Shown one piece after another: positions 1-10,569 of a stretch of DNA of 64,000 nucleotides. The notes below the pieces were generated by a model. The model was given only the letters and a program-made list of their open reading frames with translations. It did no database searches and was not told the DNA's origin. How positions within the stretch are numbered: position 1 is the stretch's first letter; each line of letters begins with the position of its first letter. A program made the position numbers and the translations under genes. Source of the stretch: Botryllus schlosseri (Eukaryota); NCBI GenBank assembly GCA_051294905.1, contig CM119372.1:39124001-39188000 (forward strand). The letters are read 5' to 3'.

Positions 1-98
1 TTAAATCAACCACGATATCTATGAATTCCGTAGTCATTTCCAAATAAAAGTTTTCAAAATAATTTCGACAACGAATCCGTCGGCTCGATGGTCTAGGG

Positions 99-1336
99 CA
101 GGGGTTCTCAACCCGCGGCCCGCAGACGATTCTTTTGCGGCCCGCGACATCTTTCAATATGAACGCAATTACTACTGGTACAGTATCGTTATGGAAGACC
201 GATGTGTCACATTTGTCGAAGAACAGTTGTTGTAACAAAGCCTAGAAGCTTCAAATGATAGCACGATAGTTTCGTCTGGAGTTATACATATCGCCTGATC
301 TTAGAGAAAACGTTGCTAGCTTGGTTTCAAGCCCAGCAATCCATATTTCGAGGCATTTTTAAAATTGTCGACGACGTGACAGACGCATTGTTCAAAATTG
401 ATTGGAATATCGATAAGCCGAGGAGTCTGCCAGAGAATGTGTGACTTCAATAAAAATTTAACGTAGGCCTACTGTGCGAATATTTGCTGTTTCCGGAACT
501 TAGCAGCAAGTTCAACATCACCTGCGAAACTTCGGGGCTACAGTTGTCTGATTCAACACTCAACGAGTCAACAGTCACCAGAAGAGTAACAGCCCTCTCA
601 GTCGATCTTTTATCGCATGTTTTGAAACACGTTGTCCCGCATAGACTACTTTAGCCTAGCATTGGACGAATCCATCGACTGCACACAGTGCACACTGCAC
701 ACACATTGCATAGCTATAATTATCCAGGTGCTGTTTATCGGAGTGGACATATTTCCAGAGGAAATGCTGACGGGGCAAACGTGGGAAGGGGACCAGTGAA
801 AAACAACAATCTGACAAAGCTGACTTCTGTAACTATTGGTGTAAGGCTCCAGTCATGGAAGGAAAGGGGAAGAGTTGATTGGTTTACTCAGAAATGTCCC
901 CGAACGTCTGACTTATTATAGCACTGAGAGCTCAAAGTGATAATGACCTCTCAACGAAAATGTCACCGTAATTTTATACTTGCTCTCTCACGCATTGAAA
1001 CAGCGAGTTCGGTTCTCTGGTGGAAGGGTTTGAAGGGTACACATACCAACATGGTAACGAATAGAATGTCCGTACCATGAAAGGATTTAGCGTACTTGCG
1101 CCACTTGAAGATAGATATCCTTACAAAAAACAGCAACTGCAAACTTACGAACGCTCTCCATTATTGCTTTAAAATGCATAAAAACGTACTAAATTCTCGT
1201 ATAAGACTGGTAAATAGGCTACAGTAGCCTAAATTTAACAGCGGCTCACAAATACATGGTGATAAAGTTCTGCGGCCCGCGGCGTCTTTTAGTGGGAAAA
1301 TGCGGCCCGTTATACGAGGGAAGTTGAGAACCCCTG
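99..1336 (+). mobile_element. Non-autonomous hAT (Buster/Charlie/SPIN-type) DNA transposon with decayed transposase
   Basis: TIRs CAGGGGTTCTCAAC...GTTGAGAACCCCTG with subterminal GCGGCCCGC motifs; internal remnant reads YFSLALDESIDC (~646-681), the first catalytic Asp motif of Buster-type transposases; flanks gtcTAggg/gcgTAatg form a degenerate 8-bp TSD. Confidence 0.85.
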
Positions 1337-1500
1337 GCGTAATGGTATAATCCAAGGCTGCAACACCAATGGGTTGCGGGTTCGGTCCGACCACGGTCGA
1401 CTCCAGCATTCCTACTTAAGTGTTGGAGATTTATCCAGACTCCTCCTCGCCATCTCATCCGTGCTAGCGGTGTTTTATAAAAAGCCTAGAAGTGGGCCGT
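1337..1500 (+). mobile_element. tRNA-derived SINE (head split by the hAT at 99-1336; 5' piece ~81-98)
   Basis: Aligns by eye to the fuller copy at 55019-55290 (GTATAATCC..GCTGCAACACCAATGGGTTGCGGGTTCG...AAAAAGCCTAGAAGT). Confidence 0.75.
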
Positions 1501-1844
1501 GGGTCTAAAACTAAATAAAAGTCAGAGTCCACTGTTTCAGATTAGGACACGTCATGGACTGCTAGATTACGATATGACAAGTAAATGCTAGACTGCGAAA
1601 CATCAGTTTCAAACGTTATGATGAGCCATTTTGATAAAATATTTCATATGGGTGACAATGCGGTGTTAACGGAACCACGCAACCCGCTGCCTAAATTATA
1701 TTCACCGATACTTTCGTTAAATCATATCGGTCAACCTATATCCACTGTGCGCGAAGCTCAACGAAAATTCTGGGCTTTACTCAAGTTTTTTGAAAATTAG
1801 GATACTCCGTGAAAACAGCCCCGAAATCTTTCTTATTGGAGGAT

Positions 1845-2013
1845 TATTCTACTTCTACTTGACAAACTGAAAATAGCGAAAAGTAAGTAAGTAGATCACA
1901 AAATATTACGAAGTAGAAGTAGAAGTAGCGAAAATCAGATCTACCACTAGTAGAGGAAAACTACTTGAGTAGATCTGAGAAAAAGTAGAAGTACTTCGTT
2001 ACTGACCACCTCT
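1845..2013. repeat. MITE fragment with AGTAGA-type subterminal repeats
   Basis: Repeated agtagaagtag motifs ending in GACCACCTCTG (hAT-like end); left end not found. Confidence 0.4.
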
Positions 2014-2035
2014 GATTTCTACTGACATATAAGTA

Positions 2036-2398
2036 TAGGGTTGCCATGTGTCAGGAATTCCCAGGGCATATCCGGAATTTCACTGTGTACTGCGTCCGCA
2101 AGGAAAAGCTGAAATTTCCCTAATAGCAGGAATTTTGAAGGCTTCAAAGGGGCTCAGAATTTATTCGTATATCAACATAAGCAATATCTTGTTTCGAAGA
2201 AGATTTATGCCACCTGAATTTTTTCTTCGTGGTACCCGCGACTTATGGTGTGACATATCTTGATTTTATTATGGGTACCCCTGTCCAAGCCAGAACAACA
2301 ATAAAAAATACATTAAAATAACCACCATTCACTGTTATAAGACTAATTGTAATCGCGTGTATTCCTATTTTCGGTAAGGCCGTTTGGATGCTTTAGTC
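2036..2398 (+). mobile_element. Left part of TAGGGTTGCCA-type MITE (same family as 29046-32614)
   Basis: Starts TAGGGTTGCCAT..GGAATT; collinear with 29046-29430. Confidence 0.7.
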
Positions 2399-3176
2399 CA
2401 GTGGTTCCCAATCTTTTTCGTCTGGTGGAACCCTTGTCCGATATTTGAGTCAAAATCCTCCCTAACAAAAAGTTGCCCGGTAACTAAAAATGGTGCTTTT
2501 TAACGCAGAACCATTTGTTGACTGAGCAATATATGCACAGACATATTCAGATATGCCTAAATAATGTCTAATGCGAACCGCATTACACTTTAGTAAAGTA
2601 CCGCGGGCTACTTTCATGTCAATAATTTAATACTAGGTGTATTGTTGTTTAGAAATTACCTAAATAAAAAAAATAGGTCATTAATTTCCGTTGTGGTAGC
2701 ATTGCACTAAATTTGACCTGTTTTTTTTTACCGTTCAGGTAGCTTCTGACTACAAATAAATCACCAAATTTGCTTTTGCGATGCCCGGGAGTTGAATCGA
2801 TGATTTCGTATGTTTTTCACGTTAGCTCGGATGATGGCTTAAAAAGATGACCATTTTCCGAAGCGACCTTGTTGTGCTGATTTCGTCATGACTTTTCCCT
2901 GCTTAGGATAAATTTGGTAGAGAGGCTGTCGCTGGCTAAACGAAATCGTCTCGCGAGCCTAACGTTTTCAGGGGATGGACTTTTTACGGAAAGTAAAGAT
3001 TTAAAAAAGTATTTAAACACTTATCTAGCCAAGAATTCACCAAAAGAAACATACAATTGCAAAGAACTGGTTTCATACTTTACAGTTCTGCCATAAAAGT
3101 CTAAACATCTAGCGAACCTAGAGCATCTTGCATTACAACCCTAAAGCCAGATTCCCGGCCCGGTTGGGTACCATTG
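2399..3176. mobile_element. hAT MITE (CAGTGGTTCCCAA ends)
   Basis: TIR CAGTGGTTCCCAA / TTGGGTACCATTG; exact 8-bp TSD CTTTAGTC at 2391-2398 and 3177-3184. Confidence 0.85.
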
Positions 3177-3184
3177 CTTTAGTC

Positions 3185-5940
3185 CAGAGGTCTCAAACAC
3201 GCTGCCCGCGGGCCGCATGCGGCCCGCCAGAGCATTTTGTGCGGTCCGCGACGACATTTTTTATTTTTAATAATTTGGCAATATAGAAGTGTCACATGTT
3301 TTTTTCAGGTTATAAAGCAGGGGTCGCCAACTTAAAATGGGTCGCGGGCCACTTTTCAAAATTCCCAGAGGCCGCGGGCCGCATGACTTCAATATCGAGA
3401 TTAACATAGCCAACGCAGGTTATCAATCACGTGTGATAACTCTACGTAAGTACAATGCTGTGCTCTCTTGCATGGGCGATGAGCATAGTCACCACTAAAT
3501 GAATAATATTTGATTGAACAAACACAAATACAAAATAATCTTGCTCATCAATTTCCTTATATTTAGAACTATGAGCTGCGCACGATACCTGACAACACTC
3601 TGTAGCAACCAAAACAGGGGTTGCCAACCTTTTTGCTATTCACGGTTGCATTTCGATTACTCATGTAGCCCGCGGCCGCATTCCGGTGCATGGTGGTAAT
3701 AAAGAAGCTGGGGCCAAATATCTACGTTAAACTCACCATGTCCATTGCTGGTACACTCCGGACAAATCTAATCATATCGGCATGCTATGGGCACCGAGAT
3801 CGGGAATATAGTCATGTTGTGAAGATGAGCAACAGGGATTCGCATACCGTAGTCGCGCGAAGCGTGAAAATTTTTTCATGTTCATGAGGGGATTTCGTCA
3901 TTGTATTATTAGTATTGTTTCACACATAACTATCAAAATTCATCTTTTCTCGGCCCATGTGATCAGATTCACCGGTACAGTTTAGGCAGGGGGTGTCTTC
4001 AAAAACGTAGAGAAGTTATTAATGTTGTGGAGCATCTTTGGGTGGGCCAATTCTCATTAGTCTCCTATGTTGCATGCAGTTATTTCTTGAATTCCTATTA
4101 TAATTGTCGTTATAGTGGGAATATATTGGATTCGCCAAAACGCAGGCCTACCAGAAAAAAAAATAATTCGGGATGAGGAGAACACAATAAAAAATTGGTA
4201 TTTCTTTATTGGGCACATAATTTTTCTCTGCTGTTCGCATCTGTACTGTGGGACTCAGATAACAATGGTCACTGCTATATTAACATCAAAAATCAACTCG
4301 CATTGACGCGCGCGCAGCGCGAAGAAAATTTCAAGAATAATTCAAACATCTCATTAATTAGGGAGTCAATTCGTAAATTCAATTTGCATAATGTTGACAG
4401 CCGCCAACACATCATAATTGAATTGAGTGTCGACGCCCGCATAATTTTTCTTCTACTGCCATAGATTGGCCGCCCCAGGATTAAAGAATCGATATTGGGG
4501 TGGTTAGTTATAGACAAGGTAGCCTATTTGCTGGAAAACTATCTACTCGTAAAGCAATGGTCTCTTGTAGAGCCCGAAGTCGTTTATCAAGCCTCCCGGT
4601 CTTGGCAGTGGTTGGCCATTGCACGCCAAGGCAATATGCGCATTCATATCAGCAAATTATTCCTCCATAGAATGCTATTACCATGCCGAACCGAAGGATT
4701 AGTGATATTGGGCATAGTAGAATGGCTTACTTTGAACAACAACAACAATATGTTTAAACTGAAATCAATTTCGGCATTTCGAAATGGTTCGCTGAGCGTT
4801 CTTCCAAAATGTCTCCAAATCGGGCCGCGGGCCGCAAAACATGACCTCGCGGGCCGCGTGTTAGTGACCCCTGTTATAAAGTGTAAATTCCCTCTAAAAT
4901 TGCTCTGAAAGCCTGAAACTATTCATCAAACTTCACTATCACATCAATTGCAAACGCTACCATGCAGTGGAAGATTCACTATTTCGCCACATTTTCACTC
5001 CATGATGATAAAACCTGACCCTAAGACGATTCGTGACTGAAATTTGTGAGTTGGATTTGGACGCGACCTTTCTTAAAATTACTTGAACTCGGGCTGACTC
5101 GATGGAAAAATGAAAATGGCTCGAGTGGACTCGGAGTGACTCGGAATGCCGTGAATTTGTTAGAACCACGGACGCAACAAACTAGTCGCGTGTCATGGGA
5201 ATAAATAAATCAGAAGGTCGCAGTTTGGTATTTCGCTAACTAAGCAAGTAGTTATGACAACCAGTGGCCATCTATTAGTTACATCTTAGGTCGCTTAGTC
5301 GCTGAACCATGTTATTAAGGCCACTTCAAGGTACCGAGTAGCCTACCGTAGTGGTACGCTCCAACGATGGCTCGTTCGGCGTTCCGACATTTCTATTACT
5401 AGGACGCATTCATTAATATATTGATGATATATTTATATATTTTTCCGCTCCTATTTTCGAAGATATTTGACCATGAGATTAATAGCCTACTTATCAAGAG
5501 TATACCCGCATCTTGGATTGGAATTACACTGCCCAACCCAAAAATGTTGTGATATCAGATCAGTCTCTATTATCACTCTGTTAAAATCGAAATATAAAAA
5601 GGCGATAACTTTAATGATGACATCATACATTTGTCTGCTCATATTGTGACTATATTTTATAATTAATATATATCAAGTACAACAAGAATTCCATTCAAAT
5701 AGTTATAAATGTGATGATATTTTTCCTGCCAGGCCTAAATTGATACAAGAGTAAATCACATTTTGACGATGTGTGTTTATTGTCAGCCTGCTGGATCTCC
5801 TCACTTTCAATAGGACAATTCCATCCCGTCAAATAAGGCCTACTTGGAAAGACATATAATACCCCTATATATGCTGCGGCCCGCGGCGTCGTCAAAACTG
5901 GAAAACTGGCCCGCGAGGACATTTGAGTTTGAGACCTCTG
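3185..5940. mobile_element. hAT MITE (CAGAGGTCTCAAAC ends) containing nested insertions
   Basis: TIR CAGAGGTCTCAAAC / GTTTGAGACCTCTG; TSD CTTTAGTC at 3177-3184 and 5941-5948; related to 49596-50381. Confidence 0.85.
3318..4873. mobile_element. hAT MITE nested in 3185-5940
   Basis: Ends CAGGGGTCGCCAAC / GTTAGTGACCCCTG; exact TSD TTATAAAG; contains from ~3615 a fragment matching the reverse complement of 31180-31280. Confidence 0.85.
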
Positions 5941-6451
5941 CTTTAGTCAAAGATCTCAAGCTGCGGGTCGTTTGCCCGTTCCTGAGGATCGCGAATATGT
6001 TGGACGAAATCAGCTTCCAACATTTGCAGAACATTTTCAAATTGCAGCTGGGTTTGCGCCTATTAAATGTTGGAAACCATCGGATGTGCAACCAGCTCGT
6101 GGAGAACGGCATTGCGTATCATAAATCATTTTATCCGTGTGATTTGAACATGTCTTAGCGACGTATAACTACGTTCGGTGTATTTTCGAAGTCATCAACT
6201 CCATCAGCGTAACTGCTAAATCTGATCACATGGGCAGACAGACAGAGAGAATTATAGTGATAAATGGAAGAGCCAATTTTATTCTTTCCTAAAATTTAAG
6301 AAGCAAATGCACATAGAGAGCATAGATGCATGTATAGTGAGCCCCGCGGAAGTTGCATCGATCACCGTATATGGTGGGCCTCAGAACAGTGTGTTTTGGG
6401 TGGGAGTGAGCTGAAAACTGTTGTTTCGGTAAAGGCTACAGCACACAACAT

Positions 6452-6515
6452 AGAGAAAGAGAGAGAGGGAGGGATGGAGAAAAAGAGAGATAGAGAGGGG
6501 AGAGAGAGAAAGAAG
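6452..6515. repeat. Imperfect GA-rich microsatellite
   Basis: agagaaagagagagagggagggatggagaaaaagagagatagagagggg. Confidence 0.7.
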
Positions 6516-7702
6516 AAGTTTGTTGCTGACCAAATGAGAATACCGACCCTAGTAATCATCAAATTATCGAGATAGCCTATTTAACTAACTCAACATGCCT
6601 AATTTACGAATTGCTGAATTTAACGGTAACCATCGGAAGAGCTAATGTCGAGGAACTCGTCTAGGACTCACAGGTCACTTCACTGCTCCCTAGAATTATA
6701 AAAATTACTATCTTAATTTACTCTAAATCCACCGTGAAGGTGAAAAGGTAAATCTAATTATTTTCGTAATATTATTTTACGATGGATATATAATACACAA
6801 AACGTTGCTTAAGCAATTTATTCATGGAAATCATAAATATATGCAACATCATACAGTTACAGAGATTTACTTTGGTTGTATCATTGTGAATATCATCAAA
6901 TCCGTTTCTCATATCGAACAGTCGAAGCACTGGGTTGAAAAAGGTTAGTATACCTTAAGGATAATATAGACACGATTGAGGAGGAATCTATGTAGTCTTG
7001 AATAAAAATATATATAGTCACAATAAAAACAAACTGCTCTTAACGTCATCATCATTGGCTTGTGTTCTTGCGATATCATGACAGCCCCCGCCTCGCCGTT
7101 CACTTTGGTCAAATTATCTACATTGGTGCTAAGGATGAATACCCGTGGAATGTCATGATCCGCAAGCTCGTTAAGCCGATAGGTCAGTAACGAGTGGTGT
7201 TACGATCACGCTTGTAACTATAATGTCAATTTGGCGATGGTATGGTATTCGCAGGCCTCACAAAGCTATAGGATTTATGACATTAGTGAGGCCTAAGAAA
7301 ATAGTGATATCAGCGAAGATCAGTGCCCTTCAATCTGTGTGACGGTTCACACTTGTGCGAATGACAAGCTTAGCGCGAATGGTGCGAATGAAAATCCGGA
7401 TGAGTGCGAATGGAAATTGTGCATATTTCTCACTTTTTCTGACGTGGAATAATTCAAATAAACTTAATAAGATATTAAGTACAATGAGTCCATAGCTTTT
7501 ATAGTTTGGAAGCAATTGTAAAAATTTGTTGGTAGCTGTGCTTTTCTAGTTCACAAGCGAGGAACGCTCCCGATGCGTTTATATTGCAAAGTTTGAGACA
7601 ATTTTCCGCGCCAGAGGATTATACGTCACTGCCTAGAAAAAACAAAGTAGTGAAATCGGTATCAGTTGCTCGAAAGCATCCGCCGTGTACGGACCTTGTT
7701 GG

Positions 7703-8224
7703 TAGGGCTGGGCACAATGATTCGAGTACTCGAATCTGAATCGAGTATTAATTTTAATGATTCGAGTCGAGTACTAAAACACGATTTTTTCGAGTACTGA
7801 AATTATACGCTCCTCGCCACTGAAAGGTAATTTGTCAAAGAGAATTGTATTTTCAATACTAATTTTCGCTATTGATGCCTTGAAACTTTGATTGGCCGTA
7901 TCGTAGCATACGAAACATATAGTACAAAGCTACGAACGTTACTGGAAATAGCACATTTCCGAAGTCATGATCTTCCCACAGCATTGTCACCAATTGCAAT
8001 GAAATCGCTGCCGTCGAAAAAATACCAAGGTATGTTTAATGTAATGGATAACAGGCATTATATTTTTTGTGGTCGCATAAAAGATATGTAGAATATTTGA
8101 ACTTTGACATATTACATTCTGTTATGACGTTACAATGAGTGATACTCGATTACTCGACTCGACTCGAAGCATTTTACGTGATTCAGAATCGAATCACTCA
8201 GGTACTCGATTTTGCCCAGCCCTA
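7703..8224. mobile_element. MITE (TAGGGCTGGGCA ends, TCGAGTA repeats)
   Basis: TIR TAGGGCTGGGCA / TGCCCAGCCCTA; exact TSD CTTGTTGG; second copy at 57758-58278. Confidence 0.9.
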
Positions 8225-8400
8225 CTTGTTGGTAATAGCGACCGATGCCAGTTTCACATTTGACATATTTGAATGCAAAGTATTGGAATCTTGGTACATA
8301 TTCATGTTGGTTGGCACCATAATTTTGCGTTTATCACGGCGGCACCATCGACCTTCTTCAATATTAACAATTACGGCTTTTAACAGTATATTCATATTTA

Positions 8401-8449
8401 TTGACTCGAAGAACTTTTCGCGTGCCTCTTATCAAGAGCAACCGGCACG
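8401..8449 (-). ncRNA. Minimal type I hammerhead ribozyme variant (mirror copy in left pLTR)
   Basis: Reverse complement of 10521-10569. Confidence 0.6.
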
Positions 8450-8687
8450 ATAAAGGATACAGAACAGAGATGGATTCAAAACCAAATGGCGAATTGTGAC
8501 GCAATAATGCAAATTTATAAATAACATGAATGGAAATTCAGCCATAGCAACAATGCAGCGTATATAGCAACAAGCAACTTGAAAAGTAGAGCGCGTGAGG
8601 TATAAAATACAAATACAATGAGACAATGCAGCAACACAGAGGAAAAAATTTGAACAAAAACACGGACGAACAGCTAAGCAACGACAA

Positions 8688-9832
8688 CTAGTGTGAAATT
8701 TTAAGATTATACAAAAATTCTTTCTGGCGACAAAGGACCGGGTTGTTTAGTTTGATGAAAGTGGATTCCAAAGCAGTTAAATGAAACATTGATCTACCCT
8801 TGGATAAAACTGAAAACATGTCGTCTGAATAGTTCAAGGCGCAGGACGGGTTGTCGATCAAATGCTGGCCAATTGAAGAACTGCCTGTCAACACTTGGCT
8901 GTACGATTGGGATTTTGATGCGTGTTTGCATTGCTGAGTGACACTTTCAGAATCAGGGGACTGCGATGCCGATCTTATCCTCTTAGGAACGTGCTGTTTG
9001 ATACGTTCTAGCAAGCGTTGGGATGTGCGTCCCACGTACCGACTGTCACAGTGGCATTTATATTCATATATTACCATACTTTGATGAAAAGCAGGCAGCA
9101 CATCCTTTCGCGTGTTTGGCAAAATTTGTTTTGTTGTATACACAATCCTCGCATTAACAGTGTAGTAACAAGATTCGACGCATGATCTGATTGATTTGGT
9201 GAATCTATTAGAAGCAGAGCCAAGCCAAGGAAGGTGTATGTACACTGGGCATTTGTTAGGGCCGAAAACTGTAGGTTGTCTGAATTTGCGCATTTTCTCC
9301 GCAATAGCAGAGTCAATGATGCAATCGGAATATCCATTTTTGGACAGAATGGATCTAATCCAATCTAATTCTGTGGGCAATTTGTCTTTAGAGCAAATCA
9401 TGAGTGCTCGATGCACAAGGGTGGAGATCAAATTTAATTTACGCTTTTTCGGGCAAAAGGAGTTCCACCTAACATAATGACCGGTGAATGTTGGCTTCCG
9501 ATAGACTGATGTGGTGAATTGGTGACCCGTTTTTTCCACCAATACATCAAGAAATGGTAGGGAACTATTTTGTTCTTTATCTACTGTGAATTTAAGGGAT
9601 TGGTGCATTGAATTTAACGTATCAAAAAAGGCATCACACTGTCGCTCACTTTGAAAAACTACAAACGTATCATCAACGTATCGATAATACATAAGAGGTT
9701 TATCAGGGCCCGAGAATAACTTATTCTCATGGAACCCAACAAAAATATTCGCGAGGGTGGGTCCCAGTGGTGAACCCATAGCAATGCCGTCAATTTGCTT
9801 ATACATCATATCGTTGAAACTGAATTCAACCG
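8688..9832 (-). CDS. Penelope-like reverse transcriptase (C-terminal part) + GIY-YIG endonuclease, 5'-truncated but open
   Basis: YKQIDGIAMGSPLGPTLAN, YYRYVDDTF, LPFLDVLV, VYRKPT, and VIYEYKCHCDSRYVGRTSQRLLERIKQH; the first ~38 aa of ORF 8688..9947 come from the inverted arm and are not genuine. Confidence 0.9.
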
Positions 9833-10282
9833 ACAACAAAACAAATTTTGCCAAACACGCGAAAGGATGTGCTGCCTGCTTTTCATCAAAGTATGGTAAT
9901 ATATGAATATAAATGCCACTGTGACAGTCGGTACGTGGGACGCACATCCCAACGCTTGCTAGAACGTATCAAACAGCACGTTCCTAAGAGGATAAGATCG
10001 GCATCGCAGTCCCCTGATTCTGAAAGTGTCACTCAGCAATGCAAACACGCATCAAAATCCCAATCGTACAGCCAAGTGTTGACAAGCAGTTCTTCAATTG
10101 GCCAGCATTTGATCGACAACCCGTCCTGCGCCTTGAACTATTCAGACGACATGTTTTCAGTTTTATCCAAGGGTAGATCAATGTTTCATTTAACTGCTTT
10201 GGAATCCACTTTCATCAAACTAAACAACCCGGTCCTTTGTCGCCAGAAAGAATTTTTGTATAATCTTAAAATTTCACACTAG
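9833..10282 (+). pseudogene. Inverted duplicate of the Penelope GIY-YIG coding end
   Basis: Same peptide as the C-terminus of the minus-strand ORF except one G>S change. Confidence 0.85.
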
Positions 10283-10520
10283 TTGTCGTTGCTTAGCTGT
10301 TCGTCCGTGTTTTTGTTCAAATTTTTTCCTCTGTGTTGCTGCATTGTCTCATTGTATTTGTATTTTATACCTCACGCGCTCTACTTTTCAAGTTGCTTGT
10401 TGCTATATACGCTGCATTGTTGCTATGGCTGAATTTCCATTCATGTTATTTATAAATTTGCATTATTGCGTCACAATTCGCCATTTGGTTTTGAATCCAT
10501 CTCTGTTCTGTATCCTTTAT

Positions 10521-10569
10521 CGTGCCGGTTGCTCTTGATAAGAGGCACGCGAAAAGTTCTTCGAGTCAA
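10521..10569 (+). ncRNA. Minimal type I hammerhead ribozyme variant (U3-A8 core) in Penelope pLTR
   Basis: ttgctc-TTGATAA-G-aggcacg-C-GAAA-agttct-TC-gagtcaa: stem I ttgctc/gag(t)caa, core UUGAUAA...GAAA, short stem III AAG/CUU, predicted cleavage after C10562. Confidence 0.6.

Noticed and set aside
9833..9947. N-terminus of the 419-aa minus-strand ORF
   Set aside because: Antisense read of the inverted arm; chance in-frame extension
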